A DNA stretch of 63,837 nucleotides, filler included, from Hyphochytrium catenoides (taxonomy: Eukaryota > Protista > Hyphochytriomycota), in NCBI GenBank assembly GCA_900088475.1. It is 7 parts of 7 records of this genome, joined end to end, with 100 filler letters (N's around TTAATTAATTAA, not from the genome) between each part and the next. Parts side by side here need not be neighbours in the genome. Positions count along the whole stretch, not along the records: positions 22,441 to 35,778 come from FLMG01000831.1; positions 35,879 to 60,369 come from FLMG01001176.1; 5 more parts are not named here. One strand, given 5' to 3'. Below the pieces are notes generated by a model, which was not told where the DNA came from, ran no database searches, and saw only the letters and a program-made list of their open reading frames with translations. Shown piece after piece: positions 34,628 to 59,956 of this stretch (its first letter is position 1; each line of letters opens with the position of its first letter). Both the position numbers and the translations under genes were made by a program.

Positions 34628-35112
34628 GTGAACTTAAGCAGGAGGTGCGAAAGAGAGGAGAGAGAGAGAAGAGAGAGAGAGAGAGAGGAGAAGAGAGAGA
34701 GAGAGAGAGAGAAAGAAGAAGAAAGTGGAGGTAGAGCAGGATACTACCACCTAATGCCTAGTGAAGACAACCTTCTAGTCATCTTGAGCTAACATCCAAC
34801 CTCATGGAAAGACCGTCAAGGTCCTCTCTCGACTGTTGTCCGTCTCCTCCCCATGCCAACCCTCAGCCTCCCTGCTTCACAGCTTCTATCGCCTGTGAGG
34901 TCTCTATCACCACTTCGCGCCGCTGTCCCCCGAGGCTTAGTTTACCTGTTCTTATCGGGCACGTTGCACTCTTGAGTCTTCTACCTCCAGCAACACCCTG
35001 TGCCATCTCGGTTTGTCTCTCTGCCTGAATTGGACCGACGAGCTTAAGAAGATTTTTCATTTATCTGCCCCGTCGTCCATGCTGGCACACACGGGAAGGG
35101 AGCCCGCTCTTT

Positions 35113-35778
35113 ATGATTATATTACCTATGGCGGACAGACAGACAGACGATAAACTTTTGATGACGGGCATACGTCTGAGAAGCGCGAAGAATGTATCAC
35201 TAAGTAAAAATGCAAGCTCTAGATCTTCACTCTTTTCCCACGGCAGAGCAATGCTCCGGCTCTGGCTGCAGGTCCAGAGCTTGGCATCCCTACCAGAGAG
35301 AGAGCCAAAAGAAACAGAGTTGCACTCTCCTGAAGCGAAGGAAGTGATGGCCAAGTTTAAGGAGCTCTTTCTTGACAACCATGTGAGGCGCCTAAGCTAC
35401 CTTCCACCCGAGCTACCTTCAGAGCGAGTGGTTGATTGTACCATCCCCATCACTCCAGGATCAAAGCCGCCTTTCCGCTCTGCATACAAGCTTGGGCCCG
35501 AAGAATTGGAGGTGCTACGAAAGATGCTGAAGGAACTAACGGCGAAGGGCGATCAGACCCTCGCTCTCTCCCTATGGCGCCTCTCAGTGCTGATGATGAG
35601 GCAGACGGCAAGTTCCGCTTCTGCGTGGACTACCGAGCGCTGAATCAAGTTAGCCAGACGTTTAGCTTCGCTTTGCCCTCCTTCGAGGCCATTGTCTCCA
35701 AGCTACATGGGAACAAGGTTTTCAGCAGCATTGATCTGACCAACAAGGGATACTATCAGGTGCGAGTGGCGGAGCCAG
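35113..35778 (+). mobile_element. Ty3/gypsy retrotransposon pol (RT N-terminal part), frameshifted and truncated at contig end
   Basis: LPSERVVDCTIPITPGSKPPFRSAYKLGPEELEVLRKMLKEL, frameshift near 35550-35590, then DGKFRFCVDYRALN..FSSIDLTNKGYYQVRV. Confidence 0.9.
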
Positions 35779-37234
35779 NNNNNNNNNNNNNNNNNNNNNN
35801 NNNNNNNNNNNNNNNNNNNNNNTTAATTAATTAANNNNNNNNNNNNNNNNNNNNNNNNNNNNNNNNNNNNNNNNNNNNGAGAGAGAGAGAGAGTGTGTGT
35901 ACAGAGAAAGGTAGAGCGGAGAGATAGGAGAAGAAGAGAGAGGGATCAGGAAGAAAACAAAGAAAAGAGGCATCAAGCGTGGGGGAGAGAGAGAAGCAAG
36001 AGGGAAGAGGGACACAGAAGAGACTAGAAGGAAGAAGAGAGAGTGACCTGCCCTGCAAAAGATAATTCCTAAACTGAAAGGAGATATAAAAGGAAGAAGA
36101 GAGAGGAGGGTCCATTCAGAGAGAAAGAGAGAGATGTCGAGGAAGAGGGATCTTGTAGAGAGACAAAAGGGACATTCGAAGTAAGGAGAGAACGCCACCC
36201 GAGTATCCATACAGCGCCTTGACCTCTCTCTCTCTCTTCCCCTCTTTCTCGCTCGCTCTCTCTTNNNNNNNNNNNNNNNNNNNNNNNNNNNNNNNNNNNN
36301 NNNNNNNNNNNNNNNNNNNNNNNNNNNNNNNNNNNNNNNNACCTGTTTTTCTCTCTCTCTCTCTCCCGGGTGACGATGTGCTGTCTCTATTCCCGCGGCT
36401 CTTCAGGTGATGCGGAATGGCAGTATCGCGACTGTGACTGTCTGTCATGCCTCAGCTCCCTAGCTCCCTTCGTCATGCTCGCCCAAGAGAGAGAGAGAGA
36501 GAGAGATTGATTGTAAGAGGAAGAGAGGAGCATTAAAGGGAGAGACAAACACTGCGGACCAAGGAGAAAGAAGCAAGAAAAGAGAGAGAAAAATTGGGTG
36601 AGAGAGAGTGAGGTGAGAGAGGAACTCAAGAGCAAGTGAGAGGGATTCTGCAAGAGAGAAAGACTTGCCACCACAAGCCTGAGAGGAGAAGATGAGGGGA
36701 AAGAGAGAGGGAGAAAGAGAAGGGCAAAGAGAGAGAGAGAAAGAGAAGAGAGAGAGAAGAGAGTGATGTATATACAGCACTATGTATCCCACATGTATAA
36801 AAAGAAAAAGGAACAACGCTCGCACTCTTCTCCTTGAGGACTAATGAGGAGAAGAGAAGAGAGACAGCAATGCTCAAGAGAGAGAGAGAAAGACCGTGGC
36901 AGGAAAGAGAAGGAAGAGACAACACTGCATCAGACTTAACTCCTCTCACTTTTTCACTACTTTCTCTCTCTCTCGTCCCCTCTCTTTGTCTCTCACTCTC
37001 TCTTTCTCTCTCTCTGTCTCCCTTGGCCGTTTCTCTCTCTGGTCTTCCGGCTCTCTCCTCAATCAAAAAAAGCAATTTTTGGGCGGGAAAGGTAGGCGGT
37101 CGATTATCAGGTAGAGGAGAGAAGAGGGATTGTCTAATAGTACGCCGGAGTCATTGGGGCGGATTATTATTAGGGACCGTGACCAAAAGTATGATGCGTG
37201 CCGATTCGGATGATTCGCTCGCTCCCTCTCTCTC

Positions 37235-37296
<62 letters not shown>

Positions 37297-37474
37297 CTCT
37301 CTCTCTTTCTTCTCTCTCTCTTTCTCGCTCTCTCGTTTCTCTCTCTCTCCCATTCTCTTGTGCCCAGTGTATGTTATTCGTACATATGAAAGAGTTTTCT
37401 GAATTGTTTAGCACGCTGCCGCTCCGCCGCCCTTTCTGACTCTTCTCAAAGAATTGGTCGAGCTTTCAAGGAAG

Positions 37475-37505
<31 letters not shown>

Positions 37506-37670
37506 TTCAATCTCTGTCGTCTCTCTATTCTCTTCCAGTAGATCTGCGTTGATGCTTAGAAGGGAGAAGACTGTGGAAGCATGCTTGATCCTCTCTCTTC
37601 TCTCACTTCCATTCTCTCCCTTTCTTTCACTTTCTCTCTCTCCCTTGTTCTCTCTTTGTAAGTTAGAGAA

Positions 37671-48643
<10,973 letters not shown>

Positions 48644-49557
48644 CACAACATCGAGAAAAGAGAGAGAGAGAGAGAGACTGAGAGAGAGAGAGATGAGGCT
48701 TTTTGGGTGCGGATGACAGCCTAGCTCCTGTTGAAAGATGAAAGAGGAGAGAGAAAGAGAGAGAGAGACAGAAAGAGGAGAAACGTAAAATTAGACGACA
48801 GACACAGAGAAAGAGAGAGAGTGGAGGAGAGCGAGAGACCGAGAGAGAGAGAGAAAAAGAGAGAGAGAGTGACTGTGTGTGTGTGAGAGAGAGAGTGAGA
48901 AAGAGGCTCGAGAGTCTAGCCAGAGAGGAAGAGAGACAAATAGTTAAAACAAACAAGTGGTGATAAGAGTGGCGGGGAGGAGAGAAAGAGAGCGCAATGG
49001 AAGATCTCCTGCAAGAAGCATAAATATTTATTTATTGGGCCAGGAAGGCCCTCACTCCTAGACTTCTAGTCTTACTATGTTACCCAGAAGAGAAAAGGGA
49101 AATATGAGAGAGAGGGTGTAAGAGAGAGAGAGAGTAAGAGAGAGAGAGAGAGAGAGGAGACGACAGGAACTCAATTGTCATTGCCAGAAGAATACTTCTT
49201 CCACGGGAAAGAAACAGAGAGAGAGGATGGGAGATGGGCGAGAGAAGGACAGGAAGACAGTAGCCAGTGCTCTTTAGCGCTGTTGACAATAGTGATACAC
49301 ACGGCGCCTCTCTCTCTTTCTCTCTCTCTCTTCTGATTTTTCTTTTCTTCTCTTACCACCTTCCAGCAGCGATCTTAACCCTAAGGCTTGGCTCTTGAAG
49401 GAAACATGAGGGGCATTTGTCTCCCTCTTTCTTCACCGTTTTCGTTGTCTCTTCAGAGAAAAGCGCATAATCCCTGTCTCTCTCTTACGACGTCTCCGCG
49501 CGCTGGACGGCCGCAGGTACACGGGTGGAACAGGCGATCGTGGGTTGACAAAGAGGA

Positions 49558-49597
<40 letters not shown>

Positions 49598-49629
49598 TAC
49601 TTGAGGTTGTTTCTTTCTTTCTCTCCCTT

Positions 49630-49883
49630 TCAGCTTGCTTTCAAATGCGTGGCCTTCAAAATCTTGGAGAGGTAGGACTTGTTTGCCTCTTCTTCTTCCT
49701 TTAACCTTCTTTCTCTCTCTCTCTTTTCTCTCTCTCTTTGAATCTTTGTCTTGAGGTCCTCTAATGTGGCGAGCGCAGAGACTTCAAGTTTCTTTCTCTC
49801 TTTCACGTACTCTCGCACATGCGAGAGAAAGAGAGTAAAGCGATCTTCTAGTGACTGCAGAGAGAACAGGACGAGGCAGGGAA

Positions 49884-49920
<37 letters not shown>

Positions 49921-50080
49921 TGAGTCACGGGACGACGAACGAAAGATGAATGGGCATAAAAAAGGTATACGGAAGACAAATGTAAGGGAGAGAACGTAGA
50001 AGAGAAAACTAGGAAAAGAAACAGAGAATATCGGACCTACGGGTTAAATAGAGAAGGACAAAGTATCCGCCTACTTCAGA

Positions 50081-50111
<31 letters not shown>

Positions 50112-50336
50112 ATCCCTCTCCCGTCCTCCCTTTGTCTTCCCTCTCTATCGTCTAATCATGCTCTTCTCTGACCTGATAAAGTGCATCTTGCGCCTCTCTC
50201 TTCTTCCGTTCATCATCTCTTTTCTTGGCACTTTGTCTCCTATACTCGAACACTGTCATGCTCGCAGCGACGCTGAAGACAAAGAACTCGCTGAAGACTT
50301 CTGCGCCGCTCTTCAAGGCCTGAGAGATTGATAGAA

Positions 50337-50367
<31 letters not shown>

Positions 50368-51265
50368 CAGAGACAGAGAGATGGAGAGGAACGAGGAGAG
50401 AGTTGCTTAGCAATGAGGGCATTCCTTTTCTCTTTCTGTCTGCTGTTGTCCTCTGCCGCTGTGTCTCATATCTCTCTCGTCCCTCTCTCTCTCCTCTCTC
50501 CCCTTTCACTCTTTCTCTCTTCTCACTCTCTTGCACGTCGGGGTTATTTTGAGTCTCTTTCTCCTCTACTTTCTCTCTTTTCATCTCTTTTCCCGCGTTC
50601 ACCCCTCTTCATCCTATTTTCCTCTGAATCTCTCCTTCTCTTTCAAGCCCCTCTTTATCCACCTTCGCTATNNNNNNNNNNNNNNNNNNNNNNNNNNNNN
50701 NNNNNNNNNNNNNNNNNNNNNNNNNNNNNNNNNNNNNNNNNNNNNNNNNNNNNNNNNNNNNNNAGCCTTGTGCCGTCATGGACATTCTCCAATAGATTAC
50801 ATTCAGACGCTGCCCCAGCGCGATGCACAGTCGGCCAATCGTTGGCATCTCATGAGCGCTGCTCTTCAGCTGCCGGGCGACGGGCTGGACGGAGAGGACC
50901 CGGAGAGAGAGAGACAGAGAGAGAGTGTGTGTAAGCTTTTAGACGAGAAGAGAGAAAGAACAGGGAGTCGAAGAGAGAGAGAGAGAGAGAGGGGAGCAGA
51001 AAAGAGGAAGAAGAGGGGAAGCGGCGACTAAGAGAGAAGAAGGTTGGGTATTAGAGAAAGACACAAGAGCAGAGAGACAAGAAAGAGAAAGGAGGAGACA
51101 GAGTGAAAGGCACACATACAGACAGAGAGACAGAGAGAGAAGGAGAGAGAGAGAGAAAGAGAGAGAGAGACAAAGTGGTCGGAATTCTAGTGAGAGAACC
51201 TCTCGTACCTTCACCACAGTATTGACAGCCAGGATTCCTAGCTTTAGAAGTGGGATTGGAGCCAT
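49630..51265 (-). CDS. OPA3: OPA3-like mitochondrial protein (multi-exon, one part in an N gap)
   Basis: MAPIPLLKLGILAVNTVVK|PVARQLKSSAHE..LCIALGQRLN; ALKSGAEVFSEFFVFSVAASMTVFEYRR; coiled-coil C-terminal exon ending at 49630. Confidence 0.85.
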
Positions 51266-52074
51266 TCTGAATCTTTAAACGGATTCAATTATTCGGCAAT
51301 CCGACCCCTTTTATCTCCTCCAAGGTAACCTCTTACACACAGCGCCACAACTGTTGCAGCATTGCCATCTAGCCTGATCTCTGGCACTCAGCATCGATTC
51401 AAGTTTCTTTTGATCATACAGAAGTCCTGCCGAGCGACCACAACGACATCAGTAGCAGTAATGGAACGAACTGCCCTGAAAGAGTCGGACCCCGTTTATG
51501 TCTCTGGTAAAGGCCCCGCTGCCGAGCTCCATGAGCTTCAGAATCTGCAGAGCTCCATCTGCAGATTCTTTTCAGCAGAGTATTGAGGCCAAAACGGAAA
51601 TAATATCAATGAAAGAATCACTTGGCCATCTCTAATCAGTTACTTTCCAAGTGCTTGCAAAGTTGCAAAGGGATAATCTGGCAATTGCCCTTACCAGTTA
51701 TCAAAGCCTATGACTATAATCGGAATTATAGTATTTTTATTCCTGATGTCGTCTGTATTTTGTATTTTCTATTTTCGCGCCTGTGCCAGTTGAATTTCCC
51801 TCGTTTTCCTCTGTCTCTCCCCACCCCCGCACCTACCTCCTCATCCTCACAGTGTCTTGCCTCTCTTGGGGTGGTATCTCTATTTGCATCTAGCAGGGGA
51901 TAAATCAGGTTATTTTGTACCAGATATCTAGCCATCTTTCTCACGATCTGTCTTGTCCACTTGGTGAAGCTCTTGTTTGGGATCGTGGCTGTGACGAGGG
52001 AATCACAGCTGGAATCACGTTTTCTCTCTCTCAGTTCTCTCTCTCTTTCTCTTTCTCTCTCTCTCTCTCTCTCC

Positions 52075-52135
<61 letters not shown>

Positions 52136-52637
52136 GTTGCCTTTCTCTCTTTCGCCCTCTTTCTCATATCTTCCTAATTCTCTATCTTACTTTGTCTCTT
52201 CTCTACTCCCTCTTTCTCGTCTTCTCCACTTTGAATCCCTCTCTTCTATCTCCTTAACTCTCTCTCTCTCTCTCTTTCTGTCTCTGTCTCTGTCTCTCTC
52301 TCACTCTTTCTCTCTTTCTCTCTCTCTCTTCTGCCTTTCCCCTTTTTCCCCCATCTACACATAAAGAGAGACAGGAGAGAGAAAAAGAGAGAGGCAGAGA
52401 CACAACAGAAGGACGGAAAAGAGAGACTCCAGCAAGCTCCAGAATAATAGCCTCCAAGCTCTCTATCATCGGATAATCTGAAGCTCGAAGCTCCACATAC
52501 AGAGAAGCCTCCAGAGAAGATCTCTTCACATTTTTCGAGCTTCAAATCTCTATCAACAAGCCGCGGAGGCAGCTCAAGAGACGAGACAGGTTATTCACAT
52601 CTAATTCACATCTCTTCCCCTACATCAGCGGCTCCAG

Positions 52638-52670
<33 letters not shown>

Positions 52671-52849
52671 GCTCTCTCTCTCTCTCGCATTCCCTTTTCT
52701 CCATCGTTTATCCCTTCCCTAGCTATCATTTTCTTCTTTCTGTCGTCGGATCGCGACTTTTCTTTCTTGCTCTTTGTTCTCTTGGTTACCTTTAAAAGCG
52801 ATGAGGTCTCTTCCGTATCCTACGCTATTTCCTTTCTCACGCACTCTCT

Positions 52850-52894
<45 letters not shown>

Positions 52895-52953
52895 TTTCTC
52901 TCTGTTCTCTCTGTCTCTTCCCTCTCTTGCTATGCCTTCTTATTCCGGCTGCA

Positions 52954-54893
52954 ATGGCATTCAGAGAGAGAGAGATGGATGCAGAGATGGACGGCGCCAG
53001 TGATGAGCCCGCGACCGTAGACGAAGGGATAAAGTCTCTCTCTTCTTCTTCTTCTCTCTCTTCCTCTGTCTCTCTCTCCCCTGCTCCTCCAGCTACCTCG
53101 AGAGGCTCTGTCTCTTACTCTCAGGATCTGCTCGCGCGCTGCTTCAGCCGGGTGAGGACGATGAGAGGGAGCATCGGAGAAGTTACAGTCAATCTTCAAA
53201 ATTTGAGAAGAAAGAGAAACGCGCAGCGGGGAGGAGAGAGAGTGAAAGAGAGAGAATGTAATGGCACAAAGCTGCATTGCCATGACGCAGAACTCGTGGC
53301 TCCAGCGGCCGGAGAGAGCCTCTTGAATGGCTCGAAGTGTGAGAGTCATCTTCTTTCTCTCTTCTTTTTCTTTTCTTCCTCTCTTCTTTTCACTCTTCGT
53401 TCATTATCTCTCGTCAAGACCTCGCCTCTCTCTCTCTCTCTCTTCTTTGGTAGCTGTCAAGAGGTTAAACGTCAACTTTCCTTCGCCCGTCTCTTCTTAT
53501 TAGTGTGTTTCTGTTCACCATCTCTCTCTCTCCTTGTTTCCAGTCCTCTTGGCCTTCAGCCTTCTCACTTTCTCTCTCTGTCTTCTCTCTACCTGCTCGC
53601 TCACCTTTCTCGATGTCTTTGTTCTCTCGACTCAGTCTCTTGTCTCTACCTTCTTTTCCCCAGTATGTCATTCTGTCTCCTCAGCTTGTAGAATATTTCA
53701 CTTCCAACCCCCACCTTTCGTCATTCACCTCGTATATACTCCTTGCCCAATCTCTCTCGTCTCATCTCCTCTCCTTCTTGCCTCTCTCTCTCTCTCTCTC
53801 TCTCGCTCTCGCTCTCTGTCTCTCTCTCTCTCTCTTACCCCCTATCCCTGAAGGTAAAGCCACTTGTGAAGGAGCGAAAGGTCTGTTGTTGGGTCACAAA
53901 TCCCGAGTCTTTGACTGCGCTCTCCTCCCGCGAGCGTAAGTATTTCTCTCTCTGTCTTCCCTTTCTTCTCTCTCTGCCTCTCTCTGTTTCTCCTTCCTAT
54001 CCTTCTCTCTTGCTTCACTTGATCTTTTCTCTCTCTCTTCTCTCTCTTGCTCATTCGGGTTAATGGTTGTCGGTATTCTCCTTTCCCCTTTTCTCTCTCT
54101 CTCTCTTCTCCCTCTTGTTCCCTCGCTCTCTTTCTCCGTTTTTCCATTTCTGCTGTGGGAAAAACCGGCGATTCTCCTGTGACACTTCTTTGTCTCCAGC
54201 TCTTCTCTCTCTCCGTCTCTCTCTCTTCTCTTCCTTTCGCTTCCCTCTCTCTACTCCTCCTCCCTCTCTCATTCATTTTTCTCTCTCTTTCTCTCTCTTG
54301 TCTAACTCACCATTCTCTTCTCCAACGTTTCATCTCCCGCCTTCTTTCCGCCTCTTTCTCTTTCTCTCCTCCTTTATTGCTCTCTCTCTTCTCTCCGCCT
54401 TTTTTCCGCCTTCTTCTCTTTCTCTCCTCCTTTATTACTCTCTCTCTTTATTACTCTCTCTCTCTCTCCTCTCTATCTCTCTTTCTCTCTCTCTCTTTTC
54501 TCCTCTAGTTACACCTCCAGCTCGACGCTGCTCTCTGCTTCTGAGGACGGGACCGCACGTCTGTGGGACCTCGACCAGTACTCCGAAATCTTGAAATTCT
54601 GCCCCACAGAAACAGGAGCCCCGGAAGACGCAGAAGTGCTTAGGTACGACATTCACACGATAGGGTTGTGATCTCCTGATTTCGGAGTCTTTGTTCTCTC
54701 TCTTTTTCTTCGGCGCTTTACCTTGCTCTCTTCATTGTGCGCTCTCTCTCTCTCTCTCTCTCTCTCTGTCTATTCCCTTCTCTTATTCACTTACTTCCAC
54801 GCTTGTCTTCCTCTAAGTGATCGCGTGTTATGGCGCTTAGGGTTGCTGGCAGCTAAAGGTTGCTTGGATTACAAGCCTTTGTCTCTTCTATTT

Positions 54894-54926
<33 letters not shown>

Positions 54927-55355
54927 GACTCTGTCTCTCTTTCCTCTCTCTCTACCACAGGTGCTGTGCACATGCTGTTGAGCCACTTATCGGAACCGCG
55001 ACGGCGGACGGCATAGTCTCTATCTGGTCCCTGTCTGAAGGCTGCCAGGAGGTGCAGCTGAGAACGAAGCTGTTGCACAAGGGAGAAGACAATCAGGTCA
55101 ACGGAGACATCAATCTCTTTCTCTTTATGTCTCTCGTTCTCCTCTTTCTCTTTTTGTCCTGCATGGTATTGGTATCTTCTTAGCCCTGGCGTCACGGCGT
55201 CAGGTTGAGCTCTTTCAAGAGGAACCTCTCAGAGCTCCGTGACCTTATTCTCTCATATTCGACATCTTTCTAAGTAGCATTTATCAAAAGTGCTCCCACC
55301 GTCCTTTCCTTTCGTTTCTCCGCTGCCACCCTGTCGTAACCTTTCTCCTTCTCTG

Positions 55356-55417
<62 letters not shown>

Positions 55418-56024
55418 CCTCTTACTCTCACTTAATAACCGTTCCATTCTTATATTACCTACCTCTCTTTCTTTCCCTCTCTCGCGCCCCCTCTCTCGTT
55501 GTTTTCTCCCCACTCCCTTCCTTCTCTTTTGTTGTCTCTCTCTCCTTTCTGTCTCTCTCTTTCTCTCTCTCTCTCCGTGCACCTCTAGGTTTACGTATGT
55601 GAGTTTACCCCTCATGATAGTCGTAGGCTGCTCACTGCAGCGAATAACCTTGTCTTTCATTGGGACTTGGAGAGAGAGCAGATTGTCAACTCCAGAGAGT
55701 TCCAGGTGACGAAGAGAGGGAATGAGAAAGAGCCCTTCTCTCTCTTCCTTCTGAAGAGTTCTCCCCTCTCTCTCTTTTCTCCTGATCTCTCTTCCAAGTT
55801 CCTCTCGTCTTTTCTTCCTTCTGTCTGTCTTCTCCCTTCTGTCTTACTCACCCCTTTCTCCGTTGTGTGTCTTGTTCCTTCGCCCTTTTCTCTTTCGTCT
55901 ATTTGTCCTTCAACTTTTTCCCTTCTTCTTCAAATCATCTCCCACCGCTGTGCCTCGCTTCATGATCCTTATCACTCCTTTTCCTGTCTCTCTCTCTTTC
56001 TCTCTGTCCGTCTCCCCTCTCTCT

Positions 56025-56056
<32 letters not shown>

Positions 56057-57294
56057 CGCTTTCCGCTTCGTCTACCTCTCTCTCCTATTATCTCGTCTTC
56101 CTTCCACCGTGTCTTTGTCTCCTTCAACTCTTTCCTCGCTCCACGTTATCTTTCACCCTCATTCATCGCTTTATGGTGCTTATTGCCCTTCCACCCTCTG
56201 TCCCACTTCTTTTTTGCTTCTCTCTCTCTCTCTTTCTCTCCCTCTTCCCCCCTTCCCCTCCTCTCCCATTCTATTTATCGAATGTGCATCTGACTCTCTC
56301 TCTCTGTCTCTCACTCATAGGCAGTGGGCAACTACACCGCCGGAGGAGCACGGAATCCTTCTAACACTTGTTATGTGTTTGGAGTCTCCTCTTTCTCCTC
56401 GTCATCGTCTCTCTCTCCCTCTTTCCTAGCCTATGCTCTGAGCGATGGCACAGTGCGCATAGGAGACGAGAGAATGGAGAGAGAAGCCTTCTCTCTCCTG
56501 GCGCACTCTCGGTATACCACGGGTGTTTCTATCAGTAGTGACGGGAACTTCATTCTCTCCTCTGGTGGAGATGGAACACTTTCAGGGGTGGACGCAAGGA
56601 TGTGGAGGGTAGGGCAGCCTCTCTCCCTCTCTCTCTCTTCTCTCTCTCCCACCCTCTCCCTCTCTGTGTCTCTCTCTGTGTCTTCGTCAGGTTCTCTCTC
56701 TTTGTCTCTGTCTCCATTCCCTTTTTGTCTCTCCGTGTCTGCTTAGCTTTCCAATGCATTTCTTACTTCTTTCATCTCTCTTTTTTATACCACTCTCTTT
56801 TCTTCGTTGTTCCTCTCTCTCTCTCTCTCTTCTTTTCTCTCTTGCTCTCCTTACTCCGGTCCCCCCATTGATGTTCCACCTTATTTTATCTGTCTTTTCG
56901 TGCCTGGAATATCCACATCAGTCGTACTTAGAAGCGTCTATAACGACCAGCCTACTATCCCTTCTCTCTCTCTCTCACACAGTCTCTCTCACTCTCGCTC
57001 TCTCTCTCTTCCTGCAGGCGGTCTACCAGCATGAGTACTATAAGAGCCCAGCTTATGGCGTTAGATTCTGGCCAGGAGAAGATGACCTTGGACTGATCTG
57101 GTTCGGAGACTCAAATGTCTGTCTTGTAGACGTTCAGTCAGGTCAGGGTCTCTCTCTCTCTCTCTCTTCTCTCCTTTGTCTCTCTCGCCCTCTGCCTCTC
57201 TGTGCTCGGCGCGTTTCCTCTTTGTGTCTGTCTATGCTGGTTTGCTTTCTCTTTCCTTCCTTCTCACACGTCTGCAGCCAATGGTTTCACACCA

Positions 57295-57344
<50 letters not shown>

Positions 57345-57570
57345 TTATTTCCCATCTCCAGGCCAATCTGTGGGCCGTTTGTCTCAGGTGGACTATCCTG
57401 TGTACCAGTGCTTAGTTTGTATAGATAGTAACTTATTGGTCGTGGCTGGAGGGAAAGGGAGAGAACATGACCATGAGCACGACTCTTCCTCTTCTCTCTC
57501 TCTTCCCTGCTGCGGAGACGGAGCACCCGTGAACCTTAACAACCCGATTATAGCCTGGCAGTTCGCTTAG
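52954..57570 (+). CDS. WD40-repeat protein (multi-exon)
   Basis: Exons encode LLGHKSRVFDC, LLSASEDGTARLWDL, IGTATADGIVSIWSL, LLTAANNLVFHWDL, LSDGTVRIGD, AHSRYTTGVSISSDGNFILSSGGDG. Stop at 57570. Confidence 0.85.
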
Positions 57571-57971
57571 AGAAAGAAAGAGAGAGAAAGAGAGAGGAAG
57601 AGATGCTGTTTGGGTGGAGAGAAGAAGTGAGAGAAAGAGAGCATCCTCTCTTCTCTGGGGTTTAGAGGACAGTTTTTTTTTTTCTCTCGTTCTCCCTAAT
57701 GTCTCTCCACAAGAGAGAGGAGAGGAGAGAGAGAGAGGAGAATGTAGGAAGAGCTAAATGCGAAGAAGCTGAAAAATATGTCTTTTTCTTTCTTATCCTT
57801 TAAAGCGACTCTCATGATAGCGACCAGAAGAGAGAGAAAGAAATGTCCTGAAGAGAGAGATGTTCCTAAAGATTTTTCTCTCTCTTCCAGAGCGAGAAGG
57901 AAAGAACAAAAGAGCCAGTAGGGCGAGTGTTGAGAAGAAAGAGAGGAGAAGGTTGTGATGGTCTCTCTCTC

Positions 57972-58652
57972 TCAAGATCTGGAGTAACCCATTGCCTCTC
58001 TTACGTCCTTAATTGTCTCTTCTGCCACTGTCCTGGCTCTCTCCGCTCCGTCGTCCAGCACTCTTTCCAAATAGTCTCTCTCCTGCTGGAGTCGGACTAT
58101 CTCCTCTCCTATAGGGCAAACCCTGCGAGGGAGAGGAGAGAGAAAGGGAAGAGAAGAGAGAGCAAGAGAAAGAAAGGGAGGAGAGAAAGATAGAAACCGA
58201 TAAAAGAGACAGAGACCAAGGAGAGAGCGAGTTAGAATGTTAGGCTGTGAGAAGAAAAAGGTACGAGTTAACGCCAACAGAGAGAAAGAATACCAGAACC
58301 GGAGAATTAGGTTCTCTCTCTCTCTCTCACTCTCTCTCTCTCTCTCTCTCTCTGTTTCTCTCTCTCCGTTTCTCTCTGCCTCCTGTTATGCCGCGCCATC
58401 TTCTTATTATTTGTCTCTCCTGCGCCATCCTGTCTCTCTCTCTCTCTCTCTTCCTCCGTTCCTCTCCTTTTCCTTTCTCTCTTTCTCTCTCTCTCCCTCT
58501 CACCTCCTGGCCCCGTTGCTCTCCTTACCTTGCGATCACAGCCTCGGCAACGCGGCTCTTTAACTCTCCCGTGCCTTTATCCTTGATATATTATTGATTT
58601 AGGGAGAGCACGAAGAGAGAGACCAAAGAACGTTAGATATGATTGCCCGTCT

Positions 58653-58706
<54 letters not shown>

Positions 58707-59910
58707 CTCCGTTCTTCTCTCCCCATATCTCTCTCCCCGGCATCTCTCTTTCGTTGCGCCGCTCTCTCTTTCTCCTCTTCCTCTCTCGCTGGCGACCCTT
58801 TTCGTTCTTTGAAGCGTCTTTAGATGGAACTTTGGTCTTTCCTTCGTGTCTCTTATGTCAAATTTCTCTCTCATTGCCACTCTGTGTGCCTCTCTCTCTC
58901 TCTCTCTCTTTCGTTCTTGTCCTTTTGTCCCTCTTGCTTTCTCTCATTCTCTCTCTTTCCTTCTCTTTCAACTTCTCTCTCTCTTTCCTTTCTCTATCTA
59001 AATAGGCCCTCCCGTCCCTCTTTCTCTCTCTCTCTCTTTCTCTCTCACTCTATTGTTCTCTCTCTTACATAGAGTTCTTTCTCCAGCTGTGCAATAGAAA
59101 TCTCCGTCATGCAAGAGAGAATACGAAGTAGATTTGCAACGCCAGGTCGCTGCTCCGGTTCATACCTTTACGAAGAGAAAAGAGAGAGAGAGAAAGAGAG
59201 AGAAAAAGAGAAAGAGAGAGAGAAGAGAAAGAGAAGGAGAAAAAAGTTAAAAGAGCCATAGAAGGATCAGAAGAGAAGGGAGAGGAGGAGAAGAAGACAT
59301 TCGGAAAGATGAGAGAGAAAAAGAGAGAGAGAGTAAAAGAGAGAGTAATAGTGGATAGTGCGAAAGAGAGAGGGACAAAATGCAAGTAAGAGACGGGAGG
59401 AAGAGAGAGAGAAATGAGAGAGAGAGAGAGAGAGAAAAAGAGAGAGTCTACCTAATGCCAGAGACGCTATCTGACATTGCTCTCTGAATCTTTCTTTTTA
59501 TCACGTCTGCAGGGTCTGCAGAGCATAAGATCAGGTCAGTGGAGTGGAGAGAAAAGAGAGAGACAAGAGAAAGAGAGAGTGTGTGTGAGAGAGAGGAAGA
59601 GAGAGAAGATCTGGTAGCAAAGACTGATAGGAAGTGATAAAGATATGCTGTGGATGGGAGGTGAAGAAGGAGAAAAAGAAGAGACAGGGGAGAGAGAGAA
59701 AGAGAGAGAAAAGTAAGGTGAGGACACACCTAAAGAGATCCACGAAAAGAACAGGCTGGCAAAAGTAAGCTGGAAAGAGAGAGAGAGAGAGAGAGAAAAG
59801 GGAGAGCACCTGTGAGGTTGATGCGACTGAGGTCTGATCTGTCTGACTTGCTCATCTTGACTGAGGGATCCTTCAGGCTCATCACCCGCGAATGAGCCGC
59901 TGTTGAGTCT

Positions 59911-59956
<46 letters not shown>

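Noticed and set aside
35879-37420. Possible minus-strand gene upstream of the formin
   Set aside because: Some non-repetitive patches look exon-like, but I could not build a consistent frame or recognise a domain.
51300-52650. Small ORFs between the divergent OPA3 and WD40 genes
   Set aside because: Short, no motifs and no consistent exon chain; more likely promoter or UTR sequence.
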